The notes beneath the pieces were generated by a model. It was not told the DNA's origin, did no database searches, and saw only the letters and a program-made list of their open reading frames with translations. A DNA stretch of 64,000 nucleotides from a virus, in IMG/VR virus record IMGVR_UViG_3300037483_000361, positions 32,881 through 96,880 of that record. One strand, given 5' to 3'. Positions 47,037-54,729 of the stretch are shown piece by piece (the stretch's first letter is position 1; every line of letters starts with the position of its first letter). Made by a program: the position numbers and the translations under genes.

Positions 47037-47288
47037 GGATGCACTGAAATGGGTTTTATTTCCCGTACGGAGCCGCACCCCATACGTTCTTTATCGGCGT
47101 GTAGATTGAGTCCCCTTGCGACCGAACAACTGGCCTTGAGGCTTTCTAGAATGCCTCTAGCAAGGGCGTCGTGTAATGGTCCGCACGTTTGAGACTCTCG
47201 CCCCGCGGTACACAGTTTCACTTGCAGCCTAGCTCGCTACTCCTGTCCCATCGCCCCACTTCAACTCGCCATCAGTTTTTATGCATCC
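47037..47288 (-). ncRNA. unnamed ~250-nt structured RNA
   Basis: GGATGCA/TGCATCC termini, internal hairpins, no credible ORF. Confidence 0.4.
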
Positions 47289-47290
47289 AG

Positions 47291-47365
47291 TCGGGAAGGT
47301 GGGATTTGAACCCACGATCTCCTGCTCCCAAGGCAGACGCGCTGGCCAGGCTACGCTACTTCCCG
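47291..47365 (-). tRNA. tRNA-Pro(TGG)
   Basis: loop CTTGGGA. Confidence 0.9.
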
Positions 47366-47366
47366 A

Positions 47367-47528
47367 TTACTTCCACGTCTTGCGAATCTCTTCGGCAACA
47401 AAGTTCGGGTTGCCGGGGATCGTGCAAGCACATTTGCTAGGTTCATACGTTCCATTCATCACAAACTGCCAATGGCTGATCTTGGCGCCTAAGTGACACT
47501 CACAAGAACATTCTGTTTTCTTATCCAT
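47367..47528 (-). CDS. small Cys-rich protein
   Basis: CSCECH..CAC. Confidence 0.45.
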   Translation of the reverse strand: MDKKTECSCECHLGAKISHWQFVMNGTYEPSKCACTIPGNPNFVAEEIRKTWK

Positions 47529-47542
47529 ATTGATTTCTCTAG

Positions 47543-47618
47543 TCGAGCGGGTGGGATTTGAACCCACGTATTCTGCGATCCGAACGCAGCAAGGGAAGCC
47601 GGGCTCCTTTACCGCTCG
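47543..47618 (-). tRNA. tRNA-Pro(CGG)
   Basis: loop TTCGGAT. Confidence 0.85.
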
Positions 47619-47789
47619 TTATTGCGTCTTTTCTACTATTGCCGCCAACTCCTGAATGCGCCTCTGCATCAAACTGATAAGATCACGGCCGAGTGAGTCT
47701 TGTAGACACTGCACAATACAATTGGTGAGAAACTCGATCTCTTCCACAACTGTATTGAACAACACGGTGCGATCAGTAGAATCGCTCAT
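47619..47789 (-). CDS. small hypothetical protein
   Basis: AAGGA SD, MSDSTDRT.. Confidence 0.5.
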   Translation of the reverse strand: MSDSTDRTVLFNTVVEEIEFLTNCIVQCLQDSLGRDLISLMQRRIQELAAIVEKTQ

Positions 47790-47800
47790 ATTTTTCCTTT

Positions 47801-48190
47801 CTACTTCTTATACCGACGGCGATTCACTTTGAAGAGTTCAAACGTGCTGAGCAACTTGTCTGACTCTTCACTCATGAGCGGACCAACACCGATGGCGGTC
47901 ACGATCTTCTTGCCGGTGAAGTCGGGCGGAAACACATGACCTTCATCCACCACCACGTAGTACGGAAGGCCAAACGCCCGAAATTTTTGTTCGAGCCGGC
48001 GAATTTGCCGAAGTGACGCCTTCAAAACGATCCGCGTTCCCATCGAACCGTTCGGATGATACAGCGTCAGTCGTTCCGGGCCAATGCGTTGTGCTTCCAA
48101 GGTCGTATGAACGAACGCGTGTCCGGCTTGCGCTGCGGCTTTTCCAGCATCCATAAAGATGTCGGATCGCAACACTGCATACATTTTCAT
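47801..48190 (-). CDS. peptidyl-tRNA hydrolase type II (Pth2)
   Basis: GKAAAQAGHA, IVLK, VVDEG, TAIGVGP. Confidence 0.85.
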   Translation of the reverse strand: MKMYAVLRSDIFMDAGKAAAQAGHAFVHTTLEAQRIGPERLTLYHPNGSMGTRIVLKASLRQIRRLEQKFRAFGLPYYVVVDEGHVFPPDFTGKKIVTAIGVGPLMSEESDKLLSTFELFKVNRRRYKK

Positions 48191-48208
48191 AGTACAACCT
48201 TTCTTTAG

Positions 48209-48283
48209 TACCCCCGGTGAGACTTGAACTCACAACCTATCGCTTAAAAGGCGAGTGCTCTAAACCAATTGAGCTACGGAGGC
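48209..48283 (-). tRNA. tRNA-Lys(TTT)
   Basis: loop CTTTTAA. Confidence 0.9.
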
Positions 48284-48360
48284 ATATCGTGCAACCCGGT
48301 ACCAGGCGGAGTCATATTTTATAGTGACCTATCCGTTAGTGCACGCCACTGAATTTTCAG

Positions 48361-48436
48361 TCTAGGTGGCTGGATTCGAACCAGCGTGACCCTGCTTCCA
48401 AAGCAGGTAAGGTAAACCGGACTCCTTAACACCTAG
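48361..48436 (-). tRNA. tRNA-Pro(TGG)
   Basis: loop TTTGGAA (A37). Confidence 0.85.
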
Positions 48437-48906
48437 CTATTAAGATGCTGAATGATCCTATCAGCGATCTCTGCGGTCAATCCCCCATGTTCAAAACTGG
48501 TCTGGAAGAATGATCCATCTTCTAAATCCGCATCTTCTTCATCATCGATGACCGCAATTTTTTCTATCTTTTGGTCGTTCCACCCAAAGGTCAACGGCCA
48601 TTCCCTTTGGAGCCAATCAAGAATCTCCACACGACGAGGCGTGTCTAGTGAGAGTGACTTTACAACCGTTTTTCCAATTATGGAACCACTTGCAATGACT
48701 TTGTTTAGGTGCGCACGGCCCTCATCAGAAAGTCGCCACGTACTGGAAAGAACGATCTTTGCTCCGGTTATGTGTAGAATACGGTTGAGCTGAAAGCAAC
48801 AATCCGTATCCAACACCCAACACGTCAGCGACCCATCGGGAAGTTTCCATCCCGGAGTATGGTCGTGATTGAGCACGCCGTCAACATCAAGAAAGATCAG
48901 TTTCAC
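48433..48906 (-). CDS. HAD phosphatase, Swiss-Army-knife RNA-repair type
   Basis: IFLDVDGVLN, IVLSSTWR, EI.DWL, AVIDD, GLT. Confidence 0.8.
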   Translation of the reverse strand: MKLIFLDVDGVLNHDHTPGWKLPDGSLTCWVLDTDCCFQLNRILHITGAKIVLSSTWRLSDEGRAHLNKVIASGSIIGKTVVKSLSLDTPRRVEILDWLQREWPLTFGWNDQKIEKIAVIDDEEDADLEDGSFFQTSFEHGGLTAEIADRIIQHLNS

Positions 48907-48924
48907 ATAACCTCACAACTTAAA

Positions 48925-49031
48925 TGGTACCGCGCGACAAGTCTCCATCCGTGCATGGAGAGGCTATGGGGTGCAGTGGTCTTTCGACTTGCTTTCCGCC
49001 TGCCGATGTCGCACGTCGCCTCGCGCGGTAC
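48925..49031 (-). ncRNA. unnamed stem-closed RNA
   Basis: 11-bp GTACCGCGCGA/TCGCGCGGTAC termini, GNRA loops. Confidence 0.45.
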
Positions 49032-49045
49032 TTCGTTGAATGACT

Positions 49046-49118
49046 GACCGATGGGTGGGAGTCGAACCCAACGTTACTGGTGCGAACCCGGCCGTCCTGT
49101 CCACTAGACGACTATCCC
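49046..49118 (-). pseudogene. degenerate tRNA
   Basis: intact D and T arms, mismatched acceptor and anticodon stems. Confidence 0.55.
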
Positions 49119-49195
49119 ACTTCTTTTCCATTGTTGAACCGACAACTTCCAAGAAGCACGTGCAAAGGTGGTTCAACCTTTGCCGATCAGTCAAA

Positions 49196-49267
49196 CTCAC
49201 TCGCCCGGATTCGAACCGGGAAGAGCTGGTTAACAGCCAGCCATGATAACCGTTTCATCACGAGTGA
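49196..49267 (-). tRNA. tRNA-Asn(GTT)
   Basis: loop CTGTTAA. Confidence 0.88.
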
Positions 49268-49271
49268 AAAG

Positions 49272-49346
49272 TGTTCGGTGGGGGATTTGAACCCCCGCAT
49301 CCTGCATGTGAAACAGGCGCTCTTAACCGGACTGAGCTAACCGAAC
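49272..49346 (-). tRNA. tRNA-Val(CAC)
   Basis: loop TTCACAT. Confidence 0.88.
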
Positions 49347-49347
49347 G

Positions 49348-49493
49348 TGGTGACCCAATCGAGGGCTTGCACCCCACACTCCGTCCGAAACAGTCTATCT
49401 CTGACGTTTACCGCGTCTAGAATACCGGGGCGTGCACTCTCCCTCTTCATGTCGCGCGGCGAGCAGCTGGGCTCTTAGTAACCAGCTTGGGTC
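49348..49493 (-). ncRNA. 146-nt tRNA-like RNA with acceptor stem, encoded ACCA and large insert
   Basis: GACCCAA/TTGGGTC-ACCA, D-like and T-like hairpins. Confidence 0.55.
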
Positions 49494-49497
49494 CTAA

Positions 49498-49571
49498 TGG
49501 ACACCATCGGAATCGAACCGACCGCATCGACGCTGCCAGCGTCAATCGCCACCCTTGGGACATGGGTGCCC
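49498..49571 (-). tRNA. tRNA-Ala(GGC)
   Basis: G3:U70, loop CTGGCAG. Confidence 0.85.
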
Positions 49572-49630
49572 AAAACGCGGACCGTAGTGCGTTGCTACGG
49601 CGTCCCGTCGAGCATGCTCGATATTGTCTA

Positions 49631-49704
49631 TGGACGCAAAGGGAATCGAACCCTTCTCACGGTACGTGCGAGGCACCATCGCCACCCTTGGTACATGTGC
49701 GCCC
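49631..49704 (-). tRNA. tRNA-Ala(CGC)
   Basis: G3:U70, loop CTCGCAC. Confidence 0.85.
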
Positions 49705-49859
49705 AAACTTGGGGCTCCTAGAGTTTGCCTCTAGCGTAATCGGATACTTTCGACTTCCACTCCAAAATACTCGGGAAGTGAAAACTAATCAGAGTTGGCG
49801 AGACTCACTTGCCGGGTGCCACCCGACTGGCTCAATTGGGCCATGCTTTCCCTTCCCTA

Positions 49860-49933
49860 ATCCGGTGACAGGGCTTGAACCTGCATCGCGTGAGTTAACA
49901 GCTCACTGCTCATGCCATTTGAGCTACACCGGA
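49860..49933 (-). tRNA. tRNA-Asn(GTT)
   Basis: loop CTGTTAA. Confidence 0.88.
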
Positions 49934-50018
49934 GAGACTAGAGTTGGCGCCCTCAACGATCTCCTTTCAAATCGTTTCAAACGGGCGCCAACCATAAGCG
50001 TGAATCTAAGGATACTTA

Positions 50019-50047
50019 AATATACCTACTATTTCGTAAAGTGTCAA
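50019..50047 (-). promoter_or_regulatory. sigma70-type promoter
   Basis: TTGACA-17-TATATT. Confidence 0.75.
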
Positions 50048-50080
50048 GGGGTCTTAAGTCGTTATAGCCCAAGGGGATAC

Positions 50081-50121
50081 AAAAAGAAATCCTCTCGTTC
50101 CGTTCGGTGGGAGAGGATTTC
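50081..50121 (-). terminator. intrinsic terminator (attenuator 3:4 stem)
   Basis: GAAATCCTCTC..GAGAGGATTTC-TTTTT. Confidence 0.8.
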
Positions 50122-50147
50122 AAGGTCACCAAAACTGCTGCATCGGC

Positions 50148-50237
50148 TTAACTCAAAATCGCACCCCACATCATATCCGCGGCCTTCGGCTCTGGATTTA
50201 CGGGCTGGTTATTTGGTTCTCGGTTAAGCTGAAACAT
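50148..50237 (-). CDS. 29-aa leader peptide MFQLNREPNNQPVNPEPKAADMMWGAILS
   Basis: AGGAG SD; precedes terminator; alternative pairings. Confidence 0.65.
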   Translation of the reverse strand: MFQLNREPNNQPVNPEPKAADMMWGAILS

Positions 50238-50263
50238 GTAGATGACTCCTGTTACGGTGTTGC

Positions 50264-50271
50264 TATAAGTA
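50264..50271 (-). promoter_or_regulatory. putative phage late promoter TACTTATA
   Basis: same intergenic motif at 23411, 24613, 27982, 43580, 56669, 61500. Confidence 0.55.
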
Positions 50272-50292
50272 GTGAGTAACGAGCTAAACGCG

Positions 50293-50811
50293 TTAGCTCG
50301 CAGTTGTAGCCCCGTACGGGGGCAAGTTCAATCGGCGACGAATGTGGTCCAACGTCTGATGGCGGGAGCCTGGGGGCAATTGATCGGCTTCATTAATCAC
50401 TCGTGCAACCATTTCCTCGTCTACCGATGCGGGCGATGTCGGCAAGCCCCGTTCATAGGTCGTGATCCACCGCGGGTCAGCAGACCGCGGTTGTACCGGC
50501 AACTCCAATTCGTAAGAAAGAATATCCTTCAAAATTTGTAACCACGTTTCTTCGTTGAATGGACCATCTGCTAGATCATTGCCACGGTGCCAATCTTCTC
50601 CTGCTCGCCAGCGGCGGCTAACCGCTATACAACCAAGATAGCCAGGCGTGAACGAAATGCTATAACGATTTTTGCTAGTCCAAAGACACAAGCGGCCGCG
50701 CTGTACACGATCTTCTAGACTGTGAAAAATCTTTTGAGAATCTGAATACCGACCCAAATCTCGTTCAACCCATTGCCGCACTTGCATTACTACATCTTCT
50801 TCTTTTAACAT
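50293..50811 (-). CDS. hypothetical protein
   Basis: GGAG SD. Confidence 0.6.
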   Translation of the reverse strand: MLKEEDVVMQVRQWVERDLGRYSDSQKIFHSLEDRVQRGRLCLWTSKNRYSISFTPGYLGCIAVSRRWRAGEDWHRGNDLADGPFNEETWLQILKDILSYELELPVQPRSADPRWITTYERGLPTSPASVDEEMVARVINEADQLPPGSRHQTLDHIRRRLNLPPYGATTAS

Positions 50812-50847
50812 ACATTCTCCGGGCGGATAGAGCCCAATTAAATGAAG

Positions 50848-50920
50848 TCCGCACGGGAGGACTTGAACCTCCAACCTTTGCCTTATAAGAGCACTGCTCT
50901 AACCATTGAGCTACGCACGG
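50848..50920 (-). tRNA. tRNA-Ile(TAT)
   Basis: loop CTTATAA. Confidence 0.88.
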
Positions 50921-50979
50921 ATATTATTTCCAAATGTCCATTCGGCATTAAAGCCACGGCCTTTGCTGATCTGGCAGCC

Positions 50980-51216
50980 TCACAGTAACTCTTGAGGATG
51001 ATAGTCAATTGAATCCCCTAATAGACGAAACCCCCAAACTATACTCCACGGATCATTGTCTAGAACTACTCTACGTTCAATTCGTTTCAACCACACCCAT
51101 TGCCAACTATTGTTGGGGCGTTTTACTTGTACTGGATGCCAAGCAAACCAACTTTCCCAAGAGGTTCCCCCATAGCCCGGCAAATCTCTGTAATAATCGT
51201 CAGCTTTGTACGACAT
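50980..51216 (-). CDS. Trp-rich hypothetical protein
   Basis: WFAWHPV..WVWL. Confidence 0.55.
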   Translation of the reverse strand: MSYKADDYYRDLPGYGGTSWESWFAWHPVQVKRPNNSWQWVWLKRIERRVVLDNDPWSIVWGFRLLGDSIDYHPQELL

Positions 51217-51244
51217 TTTAGCCTTCCCATATCTAGGGGTTACA

Positions 51245-51532
51245 TTACGGCTGAACTTCGAGAAGTGCCTGTTCGGGGAATGACCGAATGTCATTCGCCA
51301 TCGTATCAGGAACAACGTACAGCGTTTCCTTCAATGCCTCAGCGATCTTCTGGAGCTTGCTTCGTTCTTCAGTAATGCTGAGCGCTCCATACCAGAACTT
51401 GCCAAGGATGTGGGTGTAAAGACCCACGGTTTCGTACTGCGGATCGTCAAAGCGGAACATCCGACCCTGCGGACCAAGATGCTCTTCAACGATTTTGATG
51501 CCTTCGGACATTGCTATGGTATCGAAAAACAT
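51245..51532 (-). CDS. hypothetical protein
   Basis: GAGG SD. Confidence 0.55.
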   Translation of the reverse strand: MFFDTIAMSEGIKIVEEHLGPQGRMFRFDDPQYETVGLYTHILGKFWYGALSITEERSKLQKIAEALKETLYVVPDTMANDIRSFPEQALLEVQP

Positions 51533-51560
51533 ATACCCTCTTTTGCTGAAAATAACTGCT

Positions 51561-51860
51561 CTAGTCTACGAATCTAGACCAGCGAATTGTATTCTTGCGG
51601 TGCTGTGCTCGTGTCATGACTTGGCGTTCCATCTTTGCCATGTCTTCTTCATCTCCCCACTCGGGCCACATTTCTGTACTGACGAACCAATCGTTACCAT
51701 CACTATCAAAGGCCAGCACAAGCCAATCGTCGAGCGCGTCAATAGTCAGCCCTGGAATTTCACTGCCGAGTTTGGTAATCACACTACCCTCGGTAAGCAA
51801 TTGCTTGTATGTTCTCATACTATTAAATAGTCTGGAGCGTGCCTTGGACATCTCGTTCAT
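51561..51860 (-). CDS. hypothetical protein
   Basis: ORF. Confidence 0.5.
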   Translation of the reverse strand: MNEMSKARSRLFNSMRTYKQLLTEGSVITKLGSEIPGLTIDALDDWLVLAFDSDGNDWFVSTEMWPEWGDEEDMAKMERQVMTRAQHRKNTIRWSRFVD

Positions 51861-52179
51861 TGACAAGTTCAACGAAATGCTTGCGACAACGATTCGGACA
51901 ATCAGGAAGCGACTTGCGCCGGTATCCCTTCTCACCACATACTTCACAGACCTTCGAAGAACTGCGTTCGAATGTCCATGCGAGGCGGTCCAGTATGTCT
52001 TGCATCAGCGGATCACCCGTCAATGCTTTAACGCTTAACATACCGATTCGGTGACCAACCTCGGTAACTTCAATCTCATAGTCCGTTGCTTGCTGAAGAA
52101 GTTTGACCGCATCAAAGTACTTGCGGACAATCGGCCACCAACCCATACCGACTTGTTTTAGTGCTGTTTCTGATTTCAT
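51823..52179 (-). CDS. Zn-ribbon hypothetical protein
   Basis: GWWPI..CEVCG..RC..H. Confidence 0.6.
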   Translation of the reverse strand: MKSETALKQVGMGWWPIVRKYFDAVKLLQQATDYEIEVTEVGHRIGMLSVKALTGDPLMQDILDRLAWTFERSSSKVCEVCGEKGYRRKSLPDCPNRCRKHFVELVNERDVQGTLQTI

Positions 52180-52182
52180 AAA

Positions 52183-52254
52183 AGCGGCCCTCACGGAGTT
52201 AAACCGAATCTTCTTTACTGGATAGTAAAGTGTGCATCGCTACACCAGAGCCGC
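52183..52254 (-). pseudogene. tRNA-Gly-like with 8-nt anticodon loop
   Basis: GCGGCTC acceptor, U73, loop CTATCCAG, weak T stem. Confidence 0.5.
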
Positions 52255-52257
52255 GAG

Positions 52258-52493
52258 TGACGGTAGGTTGAATCGTCGTTCAACTATGCTGACCTTTCGC
52301 GACATCGCCTCCACGGCGAGGCTATACCTTCCCAATCCCGAATGTCCAGAGTCGTAGTCGCTCGGGGCTCGTTGCCTCTCAGACAACTACCGGTCGGTCC
52401 CGGCTGTCAGTCTTGACCCCACCACGCTTTGCGCCGTTCTCGAATACTTTGCGTGGCTACCTTTCAGTGTGTCCATCCACACCGCTACCGTCA
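52258..52493 (-). ncRNA. 236-nt tRNA-shell RNA
   Basis: TGACGGTAG/CTACCGTCA termini flanked by D-like and T-like hairpins. Confidence 0.55.
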
Positions 52494-52497
52494 ATTA

Positions 52498-52689
52498 CTA
52501 TGCTTCGATAAACGTGCGAGTGACCTGCACCTTACCGACACTCACCAACTCGTAAACTGCACAGTCTTCCGTCACCTCGACTTCCGGCATCTCGACATCG
52601 GTTAAAAAGTAAACCTCTTCGTCGTCGTCGATACCAGTGTCCCGGCGTACATACAGTTGTTTTGGAAACTTCACTTTCTTTGCACCCAT
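52498..52689 (-). CDS. hypothetical protein
   Basis: AGGAGG SD. Confidence 0.6.
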   Translation of the reverse strand: MGAKKVKFPKQLYVRRDTGIDDDEEVYFLTDVEMPEVEVTEDCAVYELVSVGKVQVTRTFIEA

Positions 52690-52721
52690 TGTGCCTCCTA
52701 ATAGAATTGATAAAATTGGGC

Positions 52722-52863
52722 TGGTGGTAGGCCGGATTCCCCACTCCGGCACCTCTCCATCTAGCAGCGGCTTCCCTTTAGTTGGCACCTTCAGGTCGCC
52801 TTTTGTGCTGCCTCTAGCCTAAACGCTAAAGCCTTACCCACTTGTGCCACAGTGCTACCACCA
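52722..52863 (-). ncRNA. 142-nt tRNA-shell RNA
   Basis: TGGTGGTAG/CTACCACCA termini, same layout as 52258..52493. Confidence 0.5.
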
Positions 52864-52875
52864 ATTTCCCACCAT

Positions 52876-53039
52876 TTCCCGTCTGACCATTAAGATCAGT
52901 TCCGGTGATGACTCGCGCCAACACCAATACACCACGCAGAGGTACTGTACCGCTCGCTCTCTGCCGTTCGCCGATACAGGCGGTACCGATCAGCTTTTAC
53001 GTTGTGGTCCAGCTACACTATGTTGTAGCGACACGGGAA
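52876..53039 (-). ncRNA. 164-nt tRNA-shell RNA
   Basis: TTCCCGT/ACGGGAA termini with flanking hairpins. Confidence 0.45.
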
Positions 53040-53044
53040 TAAAG

Positions 53045-53313
53045 TTTGTCTGTAGTGAAGAAGAAAATAATTCGACGGATCAACAATCACCTGACAATCA
53101 TCACAGTATCACAGGCTAGTTTCACACCCACATACCATCAATTATCATATGCCGAAGCATTCGTAAATATTGGGGTGGGTTTATCAACCAGCGATCCGTG
53201 TACAATATGGTTTCAAGTCATATCGAAATAATTGTCGCCTACCTTCTACTTGTCGGTAGCCCGTGCCACTCGAACGAGGAGAGTGGTCGGTACTGCCTAT
53301 CACTACAGACGAA
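53045..53313 (-). ncRNA. ~270-nt stem-closed RNA
   Basis: GTCTGTAGTGA/TCACTACAGAC termini. Confidence 0.45.
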
Positions 53314-53316
53314 TGT

Positions 53317-53931
53317 TTAGATTACGTCTGCTGCTACGAGGGCTGCGGCGAGACTACTTGGTAGTTCACGCGTGACCGACGTGTTGATGCGTTCGAGCCG
53401 ATCCTGTAGTTGGTCGATCCTCTTTCGAAGGACACGTTGCTCCAGCTCGAGCGCTTTGATCTGCTCGTCGGTGAGCGCCGACACTGTGAGGTCTGCTGAG
53501 GCGACGTTCACCCGACCGTAGATGTCGTGTGGTGCTGTTGCAGTGCGAGCAGCCATGATGCGTGCGTCGAGCTGCTCCTGCGTCAGCCGTTCAGATGCCA
53601 ATGCGACATCCGTAGCAGCCTTCAGTTGTTCATACTGCGCCTCAAGCGACCGCTGTTCGGTGACCAGTGCGTTGACGCCAGCCGTTTCGTTCACCGAACC
53701 AAGCAGTGTACGAACCGTTCCGCGAACCGTGGTTAGCGTACGAATCTTATCGATGAGTTCGAGCGCTTCTTGACGGTTTACGGTCAAACGGTTTGTAGAC
53801 ACGTCCACAGGATCATGAACGTTAATCGCGATGTACATCTTCGTGCGAAGTTGCTGACGCACCTCTTTGACTTGCGCGTCGAGCTTGCGCACAACTTTGG
53901 CGAGCGTGCGGAGAGATAGTTCAGTAGACAT
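53317..53931 (-). CDS. coiled-coil hypothetical protein
   Basis: GAGGA SD, helical. Confidence 0.65.
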   Translation of the reverse strand: MSTELSLRTLAKVVRKLDAQVKEVRQQLRTKMYIAINVHDPVDVSTNRLTVNRQEALELIDKIRTLTTVRGTVRTLLGSVNETAGVNALVTEQRSLEAQYEQLKAATDVALASERLTQEQLDARIMAARTATAPHDIYGRVNVASADLTVSALTDEQIKALELEQRVLRKRIDQLQDRLERINTSVTRELPSSLAAALVAADVI

Positions 53932-53971
53932 GGTTTCCTCGTTCTGTTGTGGGATATAGACTTTGGTACAG

Positions 53972-54044
53972 AGCCATCGGCGGGACTCGAACCCGCGTAT
54001 ACTGAGGTACAAGCTCAGCTCCGTTGCCGCTGGGACACGATGGC
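53972..54044 (-). tRNA. tRNA-Thr(TGT)
   Basis: loop CTTGTAC. Confidence 0.88.
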
Positions 54045-54467
54045 CTAATATGATTTACCTGCTTTATATCGTTGGCGCCGTGCATGCCTACCATTTCCTG
54101 CATTCAGTTTTTTATATGTTGGTGTCAAGGAGTGACAGTTGGGACAGATCAATTCAAGGTTGTCCAAATTTTTGTTTTCAGAATGTCCATCACGATGATT
54201 CAACTCAATAGGAACCTTCTCAGTAATTGGATTTCTTTCTGCCCACTTACACTTCATGCACTTCTCTCCGTTCTTACGGATAAGATAGGATTTCAGTATC
54301 CTGTCGTCGAACAAAAACGGATTCCCTTCTACATTCACATCAACCTGAGAAGAGTTACATTTGGATTGACATCCTCTAGAGTGACCACCCAAACTAGCAA
54401 CGGTTTGAAATATTTCTAAACAGTACTTACAGTGATACATGTTTCTTATTGACGACCTACTGTCCAT
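54045..54467 (-). CDS. HNH homing endonuclease
   Basis: CMKC, IELNHRDG..N...NLELICPNCHS. Confidence 0.85.
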   Translation of the reverse strand: MDSRSSIRNMYHCKYCLEIFQTVASLGGHSRGCQSKCNSSQVDVNVEGNPFLFDDRILKSYLIRKNGEKCMKCKWAERNPITEKVPIELNHRDGHSENKNLDNLELICPNCHSLTPTYKKLNAGNGRHARRQRYKAGKSY

Positions 54468-54709
54468 TCATCCCGGAAGCCTTCATCCGTCTTATGGACA
54501 AAGTTAAACGTTTCGCCGGTGTTGACGGACTTCGCGGTGATCTCCACATATGCGAAATCGAATCGTTCTGCAAGCTGTTCAGCGCCGCGCTTGATCAAAC
54601 CGGGAATGTTTTCACGAAACTCTCGAATCTGCTCCATGCCCTTCGGGTATTCGTCTCCATTCACCTTAAACACCTTAAACGTCATGTTCCAAATATCTTG
54701 CTTTGCCAT
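54446..54709 (-). CDS. hypothetical protein
   Basis: GGAG SD. Confidence 0.55.
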   Translation of the reverse strand: MAKQDIWNMTFKVFKVNGDEYPKGMEQIREFRENIPGLIKRGAEQLAERFDFAYVEITAKSVNTGETFNFVHKTDEGFRDEWTVGRQ

Positions 54710-54729
54710 ATAGACTCCAATTAGAAAAC

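Noticed and set aside
48925-49031. SRP RNA or c-di-GMP riboswitch
   Set aside because: It lacks the SRP CAGG..GGAA..AGCAG symmetric loop and the riboswitch GCAAA/CGCAAAG consensus.
49487-50227. 246-aa plus-strand ORF and other plus-strand ORFs
   Set aside because: They are antisense shadows of tRNAs, structured RNA or minus-strand genes, with no motifs or SD.
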